A stretch of 63,856 nucleotides of DNA, the filler included, from Octopus bimaculoides (Eukaryota), in NCBI RefSeq assembly GCF_001194135.2. It is 5 parts of 5 records of this genome, joined end to end, with 100 filler letters (N's around TTAATTAATTAA, not from the genome) between each part and the next. Parts side by side here need not be neighbours in the genome. Positions count along the whole stretch, not along the records: positions 1 to 19,747 come from NC_068990.1; positions 19,848 to 48,425 come from NC_068994.1; 3 more parts are not named here. One strand, written 5' to 3'. Below are positions 12,361 through 24,039 of this stretch, piece after piece. The notes under the pieces were generated by a model, which was given only the letters and a program-made list of their open reading frames with translations, ran no database searches and was not told the DNA's origin. Numbering within the stretch: position 1 is the stretch's first letter; every line of letters begins with the position of its first letter. A program made the position numbers and the translations under genes.

Positions 12361-12535
12361 CTTGGCTTTAAAGATATTGCGAAAGGTCTGGTTGGAGGCT
12401 CAACCCTCCAAGTTCTTTTACAGGGCTTAGAAAAACTGAAGGACTGCTGCAATGAGTGTGAGAATCTGAGAGGGGAATATGTTGAATAATATAATTAATT
12501 GATCCTCCTATATTTTCTTTTATTTTTGTTTTCGA
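12357..12535 (+). mobile_element. mariner transposase 3' remnant
   Basis: QGLEKLKDCCNECENLRGEYVE* (stop 12487-12489) matches the mariner C-terminal GIxKL..RW.KC...GEYVE. Confidence 0.65.
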
Positions 12536-12630
12536 AGGGCAAAGTCAGAAACCATAGTGGGTTGTGTTAAATGGCAGCATATTTAGTTACGACCTTCTTC
12601 GTTCCGAGTTCAAATGCTGCCGGGGTTGAC

Positions 12631-12890
12631 TTTAACTATCCCGTAGCCCCCACCCACCTCGAGGATTGCTAAAATGAAGTACCAATGATATACTGAGATC
12701 GATTGGTCGATTACATTCCTTTCCCTACATCAGCCGGTCTTCTGCCAAGTCAAATCCCATCTCTATTATTGTATATTAAGTAAAATTTCATTCAACTTTC
12801 ACACCGTTGTACATAGATTACACAAATATTCGTCCGATGAATATTTACTGTAAATATCCTTATAAATGTTTATTATATATGTTTTTTTTT
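12631..12890 (+). repeat. Local direct duplication, copy 1
   Basis: Near-identical to 13581-13820; includes a SINE-A fragment and its flank. Confidence 0.9.
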
Positions 12891-13580
12891 TTGTAATGTC
12901 GATGATGATGGTGATATTTAAATAAAGAAATATTTTAACTGGATATTTTTTTATTGGAGTTTTTTTTTCAAGTTTTATTTTCTTTCCTTCTACTCTTCGC
13001 TACTCTATAGTCTACGGTTCTTTCATATGCGCCCTGCCTGCCATTTTACACAACTTGACGCTAAGTTCGGAGTGTTGACTTTGTCGAAAGTTCTCTTGAG
13101 GCCTGGAGCTATTTTACATCACGCACAAAAATAATTTAAGTTTGAATAACCACTTTTGTTGGTCAGGCAGATTGAAAATCACTTCCAAACCTTTACATAT
13201 GATCCAAAGTATTTGGGTTTTCACAGTACTCATTTCATAGTTACATAATTTCCTTCTAGACGTACCGAGTGTCCAAAAGCTACAGAAACAAACATATTTC
13301 TATAACTCAACAAAACACACTTTAAACTTAACTTTGAGCTGTCAATAAAAAGTTACTGTTTGTCTGATTCATTCTGACATCGCATTGCATTTTACAAACC
13401 GTTAACAACATGGCGGTAAATATTGTCATTTTCCTTACAGAAAAAAAAAAAAAAAGAAAACTCGATAAAACCTAAATGTTGTTTTCTGAGTTGGCAGTTT
13501 TGATTCAAATTCACTTGCAAAAATTCCGTTGTCATCTCTGGAAGATCTAAATCACACGCGAGGCAGTTTAATCTAACTAT

Positions 13581-13820
13581 TTTAACTACCCCCACCCCAC
13601 CCCCGGAGGATTGCTAAAATGAAGTACCAATGATATACTGAGGTCGATTGGTCGATTACATTCCTTTCCCTACATCAGCCGGTCTTCTGCCAAGTCAAAT
13701 CCCATCTCTATTATTGTATATTAAGTAAAATTTCATTCGACTTTCACACAAATATTCGTCCGATGAATATTTACTGCAGAATATCCTGATAAATGTTTAT
13801 TATATTTGTGTGTTTTTTTT
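13581..13820 (+). repeat. Local direct duplication, copy 2
   Basis: Near-identical to 12631-12890, but lacks a ~19-nt segment. Confidence 0.9.
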
Positions 13821-13896
13821 GTTTTGTTTTGTTTTTGTCCTCAGTCATTCTCTCCGGTGTTCAGGACTCAGGCTCATCAACAGCATCACGCCTCGT

Positions 13897-14012
13897 TTCT
13901 ACCTACCTACCTACCTACCTACCTATCTATCTACCTACCTACCTACCTACCTATCTATCTACCTACCTACCTACCTATCTATCTACCTACCTACCTACCT
14001 ACCTACCTACCT

Positions 14013-14043
<31 letters not shown>

Positions 14044-14045
14044 CA
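13897..14045. repeat. Compound tetranucleotide microsatellite (CTAC/CTAT/CTGT)n
   Basis: Directly visible. Confidence 0.95.
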
Positions 14046-14145
14046 TCGATCGATCCTTCTATCCGTCAATCCATCCCCCTCTCTCCCTCTCTCTATGTAT
14101 TTGTGTGGGCATGCGTACACACACACACACTCAACACAGACACAC

Positions 14146-14177
<32 letters not shown>

Positions 14178-14281
14178 AACACACACATACACATATATAC
14201 CAAGTTTTAAAAAAATAAGTACTGGGGTCGATTCATTCGACTATAAATTCGTCAAGGCGGTGCCCCAGCATGGCCACAGTC

Positions 14282-14327
<46 letters not shown>

Positions 14328-14560
14328 CAGCGTTGGCATTTCTGACAAGATCTAAAATTTATAGTGCTCTGAAGCGAATCTTGACATCAACTCTACACCA
14401 ATTCCTCGCGGCTACAACGATAACTCTCCGGCAGCCATAATGTTTCTCTATTTTTTTTTTTTACATTTTTCCTCATTGTTATTTATTTATCTATTTATTC
14501 AATTATTTTACTTTCAAGCTCAACCTGAATTTTCCTGTCATTATTTGATTTTCAGAACTG

Positions 14561-14609
<49 letters not shown>

Positions 14610-17258
14610 TATTTTAAACTTTGCAGTTCAAAACACTATTTTAACATCTTTTGCTGATTAGAAGGTTGTGTCCTGGTCTGTATCCTATTGTTATCTGCAG
14701 ATTTAAGCGTCCACACCACTTTGTCCATTCTTTCACTTTTACTTGTTCCAGTCACTGGACAGCGACTATGCTTGAAGGGTTTTCGCCCAACAAATCCACT
14801 CCAGTATTCATTTTTGAAGTCTGGTATTTATCCGACCCACTTTTGCCGACCCATTGAATTGTGGGGGCGTAAACAAACCAACACTTGAATGTATGTATTC
14901 TGTAGGTTGTCTTCAAACCAAGTTAGTAGCTTTACTAAACGATTAGTAGCTCATTTCTTTATACTGTGTACATTAAATGATATGTATGTATTGTATGTAA
15001 GTATATATATATGTATGTGTGTCTGTGTCGGGGGATGGATGCATTACATACATATTGCGGAAAATCTAGATATTCGCTCTCCATCTATTTCAAAATATCA
15101 GATGAAATTGCGATCATTTGATGCTGTTTTACTATAAAAGAAAGAATGACGTTTTATATGATTTATTTTCCTTTATCTTTGATGTTAAATCATTTGAAAG
15201 CAATGACTAATGCTCAGCCTAATTTCTCAAAAAGACATTACAACTTGGTTTATATTTCTAGTTCGAATCGCTTCAATTCATTTACGTCTCTAATACTCCG
15301 ACGAAAAATCCAACAGTCATATCTTTCTTTTCTTTTTTCTTCTCTTTTTGTTGCTATAAACACATCACTGTTCACGCTTTAGAGGCAGACCTAAAACGAT
15401 TACGTTCTTTACACTTCTCCCCACTTCTTTTGTTTGTAAAATTTTGTCAACGTAAATTACTCAGACTACAAATGATTTTTGTGTGAGTCTGATGCCTTGA
15501 TGTTCCGAAATAGCGACATTATCACGCTTTTCTAACGTATTTTGTGTTCAGATTATGACGAGTCGTTGTTCAATGTCTTATTTACAGGCTAGTTACGGGA
15601 TTCCATGTGGTGCTATTTTCAGATGAAATGAAGTACCTTGTGCGTGGACCCAAAGCGCTTCCTCATCCGATAATTGAACCCACGACCTCACGACCTAATA
15701 ACTGTAAGCCCTACATCTTAACCTTCTCAGCTCGTACTAAAATCAGAACATTATTCAATTCATGTCAGAATGAGGCGTACAAATATATACGGGTGCGCGC
15801 GCATATGAGTTTGTGTGTTAATAGTTTTAGCGTTTGAAATACATAAGCGTTGCTATGCGAAGAAATAAGGATGGTCAATCGAAGGTAGGTTTCTTTAAAA
15901 CAGGGCGTTTCCTGAGGTCATGCCATAAAGATTACTTTTTTCACCGCCTAATTTAATAATCTACAACCTTTTTGTATGCGTTTGTGTGTGTGCGTGAAAC
16001 AATCTAAAAATATTGGGGTGTCTATACATTTCTAATGTTTATACAGGAGTGGGACACAGGTGCATTTTGAACACAAGTCTCTTTGAGAAGTTTTTCTAAG
16101 ACAAAATATTACAGCTAGTCCCCTTCCACGTTTGTATACACATTAAAAGTATGCACATACCAGTATACATACATACATACATACATACATAATATATTGT
16201 ACATACACGTATCTATCTATCTATCTATCTAGCTAGCTAGCTAGCTATCTATCTCTTTTAATTTTACTTGTTTCAGTTATTAGACTGCGGCCATGCTGGG
16301 GCACCGCTTAGCTACGTTACCAAAAGGTTTGGGCACGATAAACAGTTCCACCCTATTCCATGTAACTTGACAGAAGACTTTATGGACAAGCAAGTTGTAG
16401 TTCTAGTCGTTTTCTACATTTCTTCGTCTTCTTCTTCTTCTTCTTCTTCTTCTTCTTCTTCTTCTTCTTCTTCTTCTTCTTCTTCTTTATATATATATAC
16501 TTATCTCTACCATTTAACCGTGGACCAAAGATGTTGATTGGTGCAAAACAGAGTTTGTCAAGTGCATGAAAGGGTTCACTTTTGACCCCCGGCCACCACA
16601 TATATTTTCAACTTTAGAATCCACATATTTATTGTGTGGTGTTTTGCGTAATTAATTTTAATAACGAACTGCTTATAGTGTTGTGTGTGATATTTAGTGA
16701 TTAATGATTTTGAAATGTTAATAATTGTAGTGTTCAACAGCATTAAAATGATAAATAGATTGGAAGCTTTTTGCTGTGGCATCGCGGCCATCTCAACAAT
16801 TTGTTACCTTCTTTTTATTGTATACAAACCCTAAGATTGTAGTATATTTACTGTTGTTGTTTAGCTTATGTCAACCGATCGAACATGCTTGTAATCAAAA
16901 GCATCCTAAATATGACCATCCTGTAAATTTTATGGGATTTCGAAAATACATTGTCTTATGACTGCTATGTATCTTTTTTAACCGTGGTTTGAGAGAGATT
17001 TGGGTTTGATCATATGTTGGCTTGGTTAAGGTTAACCTTGGGTTAAGCATCATCATCATCATCATCATCAACAACAACAACAACAGCAACAACAACGCAA
17101 AAATCAATGAATGACCGGAAACACAAAACGACAAATTTCCAAAATAATGAATACTCGATTATTTCTACAATTATATTTCTTGAGTGAAGAGAAAAAAAAG
17201 TGACAAAAACTGGTTGAAATAAAATGTAAAAGTCATTCATGTCCCAAATTTAATAATA

Positions 17259-17290
<32 letters not shown>

Positions 17291-18289
17291 NNNNNNNNNN
17301 CTTTTATAAGAGTTGGATATCGTTTTATTAAGATTTCTGTCTTTGTTACTCAACAACTTATTCGGTTTTTTTACTTGACATTTTCTTTTGTCGATATTTA
17401 TTTATTTATTTTTTCCAAAAAGGAAATATATTAAAAATAAAATTTAAAAATAAATAAATAAATAAAAATATAAAACTTCATTTGTAAAGATTTCTGATTA
17501 TTCATTCACTTTATTCATATGCCATCCATAGAGCTTGATCGCTTGTTTATTATTGACGATGTTACGGATACTGTTCTTCTTGCTGTTATTGTTGTTGTTG
17601 TGTATTGAGAGCGGAGGGCTCCATTTTGTTTGTTCACGTTTTTGAAGAAAATATCGAGATTCTCTTCGGAATGAACTGCGAAGCTGGAGGCGATCCTCTT
17701 TCTCTTTATTATGCTCTTAGTCATCGACTCTTAGAACATCACTACCAACGTCATCACCGCCGTCATCGTCATCATCATCACCGCCGCCGCCGCCGCCGCC
17801 ACCACCACCACAACCATCATCATCATCATCATCATCATTGTATTCTACAAAGCTAAGTTTGTTGAGTGGCTGAAGCAGTAGAACGCCAGACTAAACGCCC
17901 TTGGGTATTTGCGACCTTCCTTCTACATTCTGAGTTCAAATTCTACGTGAGTAGACTTCACTACTCAACGCTCCGGAATCGAGAATAGAAGAAATATCAG
18001 TTACATACTTAAGGCAGATCAATCGAGTGGAACCGATCATTACAAATCAAAGTCTTACAGAAATATTTTTTTGAAAAAACGAACTGCTATCGATGCCTGA
18101 GGGAGGACACTATCTTTTTCTTTTTTTTTTATTGTGATGTGTTTAGTCTTATATTTACGTTTCCGTTTCAAATCTTGTTGGGGAATCATTTCACTGAAAC
18201 CCACCGAAGAATTGTCCATTTCAAGACAGTTGCCATTCCATGGACTATCACTTTTCTATATTACTTTCTTAAATACAGCACAAATGGAC

Positions 18290-19580
18290 TCTAGAATGCA
18301 CGAATGTATGATATTTACAATTTATATGTCGCCAACGAGAAAGCCTCGACCTGCTAGAAATAGTAGCCAAATATTCCTCGAAGAATACCCTACCATCAAA
18401 AAACAAACCAGAAAAAAAGGTAAGTATTTTCTGATTGTGGTTTTCGGACATGGCAGGAAGTTGACTTTTGCAGAGTAAAAATAGTGATTTATTGAAGTTG
18501 AAAAGCCTTGACGAACTGTAACTCAGAGTTTCACTTGACTGATGATTAGACAGTCGTGAATATTTTGAACAATATTGAAGTCTTTTCAGCTTCAATAAAA
18601 CATTAGACACACACACACACACACACACATTATACATATATGTTAGAATATCTAATTTATCCGCAAACGAAAAGATCTTCGATGATTTTGCCCCCCTTTA
18701 TAACACAGCAATAAAAGACAGTGGATTCAAGAGAAAAAAATATTATATTAAGAACACAATATTTAAAAACGAATTAGGAAAACGGTTTCCAAATATTGCG
18801 AATTCAAACATCGACACACCTCCCATGAACAACCCCCGCCCCTGAATATAGAAACCAGCAACTATAGATACTATAATTTATTCAATACTATAATTTATTC
18901 AATTATAATAACAATAACTATACTGGGCAGAATAGGAACAACTCGATAAGAACTTCCCACTAGGCGATAAATATTACTCTACATTTAATAGATCCTGCCT
19001 TAAATTATCTTACTCAACCACATCCAATCTAGGATCTATAATCGCGCGGCCAACAATAGACTTAAACTTAGAAAGAACGGCATTAATAGAGATGATAATT
19101 TCGATGACCTTAATATGAAGAATAAGAATAAGAAGAAGAACTCTGTTATTAAAAATAGAAAGGCTAAACCTGGAAATAAAACGTAATTGTCAGAATAGGG
19201 AACTATGTCCCCTAAAAGGTTTCTGTTTAAGGAGAAATGTCGTATATAAAGTTGAAGTCTCAATCCGTTTTACATAGATTTACATAGGAAGTACGACTGA
19301 TTTTAAAATTAGGTATAGAGCGCATACAAACTCATTTACTAACCACGAAACTAAAAATTCAGCCATGCTCCCTACCCACATCAATAAATTAAAAATGCAC
19401 AATAAAGAATCTAGTCTAGATTGGTTTCTAATAACGGAAACCACACCATATAAGACACACACTAAAAATGGCAATTTATGCACGAAGGAAGCGATCCATA
19501 AACTCCGTGCCAACAAAATTAGTTTATTTAATAAGATATCTGATGTCATAATTAATTACCTGTAGACAGAAATATTTTTC
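18290..19580 (+). mobile_element. Penelope-like element remnant (RT 3' part plus GIY-YIG endonuclease)
   Basis: LSANEKIFDDFAPLYNTAIKDSGF; KNFPLGDKYYSTFNRSCLKLSYS; NCQNRELCPLKGFCLRRNVVYKV..IYIGSTTDFKIRYRAHTNSF...NLCTKE..LFNKISD. The extension upstream of ~18655 (YDIYNLY, LTDD) is weaker. Confidence 0.8.
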
Positions 19581-19747
19581 AACTTTTAAATTCTTCCCCC
19601 AAAATAATTAGCGTTTAGGATTTTAATCTAGTCACCCTTCATATTATGGATCCATCTTAAAATACATAACATCGTAATGTATCTTAATCTGGGGGAGTTC
19701 GAACACCTGCCACCAGTAGTTGAGCTAAAAGACTTGGAGCCTTTCAT

Positions 19748-19847
19748 NNNNNNNNNNNNNNNNNNNNNNNNNNNNNNNNNNNNNNNNNNNNTTAATTAAT
19801 TAANNNNNNNNNNNNNNNNNNNNNNNNNNNNNNNNNNNNNNNNNNNN
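19748..19847. other. Artificial scaffold pad N44-TTAATTAATTAA-N44
   Basis: The same 100-bp construct also occurs at 48426-48525, 57872-57971 and 62748-62847; the 12-mer has stops in all six frames. Confidence 0.9.
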
Positions 19848-19979
19848 ATATAAATATATATATTCTCCCTTTTTTGTATGAATGCCTGTGCATATGTATT
19901 TGATACAAACCATCTAACCCATGCCAGCATGGAAAGTAGACATTAAATGATGATGATATATATATATATATGTGTGTGT

Positions 19980-20017
<38 letters not shown>

Positions 20018-20099
20018 GTGTGTGTACGAACAGCCATGCTACATGGCAGTGTAACATGGGCTGTGACTGATGAGGACATGAGGACATCTGTAAGCTTGC

Positions 20100-20365
20100 G
20101 AGGAATTGCTGTCCTTGTGGCAAAATTTGAAACCATTATTATCATTATCATTAGGATGACAAGCTAGTAGAATCATAAGCACATTGGGCAAAATACTTAG
20201 TGGTATTTCATCAATCTTTGTTTTCTGAGTTCAAATTCCACTGAGGTCAACTTTCCATTTCATCCTTTCAGGGTCAATAAAATAAGTACCAGTTGAACTC
20301 TGGAGTCAATGTAAATTGACTTGCTCGCTCTCCAAAGTTACTGGCCTTGTGCCAAAATTTGAAAC

Positions 20366-20445
<80 letters not shown>

Positions 20446-20575
20446 CACCGAGGTCAACTTTGCCTTTCATCCTTTCAGGGTTGCTAAATTAAGTACCAGT
20501 GAAACACTGGGGTCAATGTAATTGACTAGTCCCCTGGTGGCAAATAAAAGAAATTATTATTATTATTATTATCAT
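20100..20575 (+). mobile_element. Head-to-tail stack of three SINE-A copies or fragments separated by (ATT)n
   Basis: 3' end at 20100-20150, full copy at ~20155-20367 plus a long (ATT)n to 20445, truncated copy at 20445-20570. CpGs are mostly decayed. Confidence 0.8.
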
Positions 20576-20989
20576 AAGTTAAGTATTTTTCTCTGTAAAT
20601 CTTGTGTGACCTTTGATTCTCTCTTCTATTTTTACAGGTGATAGAGCTGATTTGTGAACGTGGATGAAATTACTGATATTAGGAGAGGCAATAAAGTCTC
20701 TAATTTAATTCTGCTTAATTATCTGGAGTCAAGAATAATCTAGATAATTAAGCAGGACAAAGAAATACTCAGTATACAAATTTTTTTTTAAAAAAAGGGT
20801 AAAGGAAGAAACAACAATCATACTTCTCAAGCATTTCTGGGACCAATATTTGTATTTTGTGTTTTTTTCTTTCAGTGCTTGGACTTAAGTGTGGTTTTGA
20901 AAAGATTATAAAGACCTATGATGGTTAGGGAAGAATTTCTGTAATAAAAAGAAGAATGTTGATATTTAAATAACAAAACATGGTGAGCT

Positions 20990-21170
20990 GGCAGAATCAT
21001 TAGCATGCTTAGTGGCATTTTGTCCATCTTTACATGCTGAGGTCAACTTTGCCCTTCATCCTTCCAGGATTGATAAAATAAGTACCAGTTACACACTGGG
21101 GGTTGATGTAATCAATTTATCCCCTCCATCAAAATTGTTGGCCTTATGCCAAAACTTGAAATCAATATTT
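20990..21170 (+). mobile_element. SINE family A, internally deleted
   Basis: gagctggcagaatc head and tail type i. Confidence 0.8.
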
Positions 21171-21630
21171 AAGTAATATTTAATTTGTTGTGGAGCCTAT
21201 TTGGTTTGGCTATAAATGAAGACGGAAGCAGCTGATGATAGAAGTGGTAGTCATAAAGGGAGAAATACATGATGAATGAAGCTGCCTACGGCAAAATTGA
21301 TGGTAAATTATGTAGAATAAAAGAAAAAATTAAAACTTGGTGATAAAATAAATGGTTTTTGTTATTTTTTAAAAAATCAATTTTTTTTCCATTTTTGTAG
21401 AAATATGTTTATGGGATGGTAACTTGGGGTCTCTTTGTTATAGAGTATTGCTGACCAAATAAATTTTCAGGCTGCTTAAATTGGGTAGCGTCCTGGTGAT
21501 ATTTTTGGCCCAATAATGCTAACCAGGGATCACTACAGATACAACACTGACTTTCCAGACACTGAGATCTAGAAGTTCTTTTAATTCGCACTAATTTATT
21601 AGTGGAAGTACGTGGCTTAGTGGTTAGGGT

Positions 21631-22050
21631 ACCGGATTCATTCTTTTACTCCTTTACTTGTTTCGGTCATTTTGACTGCGGCCATGCTGGAGCATCGCCT
21701 TTAGTCGAGCAAATCGACCCCAGGACTTATTCTTTGTAAGCCCAGTACTTATTCTACCGGTCTCTTTTGCCAAACCGCTAAGTTACGGAGACGTAAACGC
21801 ACCACCATCGGTTGTGAAGGGATGGTGGGGGGGACAAACACAGACACACAAACATACATACACACATAAATATAAATACATATATGCGACGGACTTCCTT
21901 CAGTTTCCATCTACCAAATCCACTCACAAGGCATTGGTCAACCCGAGGCTACAGTAGATGACACTTGCCCAAGGTCCCACGTAGTGGGAATGAACCTGGA
22001 ACCATGTGGTTGGTAAGCAAGCTACTTACCACACAGCCACTCCTGCAGCC
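21631..22050 (-). mobile_element. SINE family B (tRNA-derived head, CORE-like ACCTTGGGCAAGT motif, internal GT/AT microsatellite), near full length
   Basis: Head gcaggagtggctgtgtggtaagtagcttg, tail ...ccagcatggccgcagtcaaaatgaccgaaacaagtaaag; many homologues in the window. Confidence 0.85.
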
Positions 22051-22084
22051 ATGGTCATAAGACTGTGGTTTTGATTTCTAGACC

Positions 22085-22760
22085 AGGCAATGCCTTGTGA
22101 CGCTCCAGTCCACTCAGCTGGCAAAAATGAATAATCCTGTAACAGACCAGCATCTGATCCAGGGAGGAATATATCCGCCATGAAACTGGAAAACCTGCCC
22201 TATGAGTCTATGTGACCCACAGGCCTTATGAGTCTGTATGACTCAGGAAGGATCCTTAAGCTTTATCTATATCTAATTTATTAGCCAGAGCTTCAAATTC
22301 CCACAGCCACCAGACTAGTTTAGTGATGCTTTGCACAGACTAGTACTCTTCACAGTATAGTATTCATAAGCTTGTATCATTTATACTAACGCACACCTAC
22401 GTGCATTTCATTTAATTATTTAAATTAAATTTTTGTTTAATTTAGTGTGTGTTTGCCAAAACACTTCATTTCACGTAGCTCCAGTTCACTCGGTTGGCAA
22501 AAATGAGTAATCCTGCAATAGACTGGCATCCCATCCAGGTGAGGAGCATATGCCACAGAAACCAGGAAACCAGCCCCCCCCCCCCTATGAGTATATACAA
22601 CTCAGAAAGGTTCTTTATCCTTTATCTCTGTCTAATTTATTAGCAGGAACTTCAAATTCCATCAGCTACCAAACTAGTTTACTCGCACCTTGCACTGACT
22701 AGTACCCTCCTCAGTACGGTATTATTAAACTTGTATCATTTACACTATTGTACAGGTGCC
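22085..22760 (+). repeat. Old diverged tandem duplication (~370-bp unit x2)
   Basis: Collinear motifs in both units: gctccagt.cactc..tggcaaaaatga.taatcctg, tttatct.t.tctaatttattagc, cttcaaattcc, cttgtatcattta.act. Confidence 0.75.
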
Positions 22761-22764
22761 TAAT

Positions 22765-23090
22765 GAAGGTGCATGGCTCAGTGGTTAGAGCGTCGAACTT
22801 ACGATCATGAGGTTGTGAGTTCGAATCCCAGACCGGGCTGCATGTTGTGTTCTTGAGCAAGACACTTTATTTCTTGTTACTCCAGTTCACTCAGCTGTAG
22901 AAATAAGTTGCAACATCACTGGTGCCAAGCTGTATCGGCCTTTGCCTTTCCCTTGGATAGCATCAGTGTTGTGGAGAGAGGAGGCTGGTATGCATGGGCG
23001 ACTGATGGCCTTTGCCCAGACTTGTGCCTCGGAGGGTAACTTTCTAGGTGCAATCCCATGGTCATTCATGACCGAAGGGCGTCTCTGACC
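22765..23090 (+). mobile_element. SINE family D, full length with probable target-site duplication
   Basis: tRNA-like head ggtgcatggctcagtggttagagcgtcg...gagttcgaatccc; flanks acaggtgcct (22752-22761) and acaggttcct (23096-23105). Confidence 0.85.
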
Positions 23091-23659
23091 CGATGACAGG
23101 TTCCTGCATTTCATTTAATTATTTAAGTAAATTTAATATAGACCAAGGTGACCACCCTTGGTTCAGAAAAAACTGTAATTTGGAAAGGCTTTGGAACTGA
23201 AGGTTCCAAAAAACCAGTGTTGTGTCTGTACTTGTTTGTGTTACATCTTTCATCTGTCACCTACAATTCAAACCATGCAGGGGACTAAATCATAATCTGC
23301 GGTTATGAACAGAAAGTCAGTGTCATTGGCTATGAGAAAGCAGAGAGAGACAACTTTATCATTTATTAAATGATAGAGAGGAACAAGTGCTTTATTCAGT
23401 TGCTCCTTTGGACCCTTTCGCATTCAGACTATTATCAAATGCAATACTTATTTATTCACATTGTTTTGAATTAATCTTACACTATCTCATAGCTTCAAGA
23501 TTTTGATGACGTGATGGTTTATTTTTAGTGGCTGGATCTGGTTGGTTTGAATGACCAATTTAAATGCTAAAGGATCAAACCTATAAATACAATTTGCAGC
23601 AATTAAAAAAAATGAAGGCTGAATATTTATTATCACCCATGCATTTTCCATGGATTTTT

Positions 23660-24039
23660 TTGTTGACACTCTGTCGGATTCCGACGACGAGGGTTCCAGT
23701 TGATCCGATCAACGGAACAGCCTGCTCGTGGAATTAACATGCAAGTGGCTAAGCACTCCACAGACACGTGTACCCTTAACGTAGTTCTCGGGGATATTCA
23801 ATGTGACACAGTGTTACAAGGCTGACCCTTTGAATTACAGGTACAACAGAAACAGGAAGAAAGAGTGAGAGAAAGTTGTGGTGAAAGAGTACAGCAGGGT
23901 TCGCCACCATCCCCTGCCGGAGCCTCGTGGAGCTTTAGGTGTTTTTGCTCCATAAACACACCGCCCAGTCTGGGAATTGAAACCGTGATCCTATGACCGC
24001 GAGTCCGCTGCCCTAACCACTGGGCCATTGCGCCTCCAC
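23660..24039 (-). mobile_element. SINE family C, full length
   Basis: tRNA-like head gtggaggcgcaatggcccagtggttagggcagcggac; homologues at 32285, 55180 and 6710. Confidence 0.9.

Noticed and set aside
19792-19803. Recurrent palindrome TTAATTAATTAA as a biological motif
   Set aside because: It is always centred in exactly 44+44 Ns, so it is an assembly spacer.
21409-21591. ORF containing CCICSDPWL, similar to CIMCSDPWL at ~1290
   Set aside because: The 1290 peptide is an off-frame reading of a mariner remnant and DNA similarity is weak, so this is probably coincidence. The ORF has no recognisable domain.
22765-24039. tRNA-like heads of SINE C and D as functional tRNA genes
   Set aside because: They continue into multi-copy SINE bodies and do not close a full cloverleaf.
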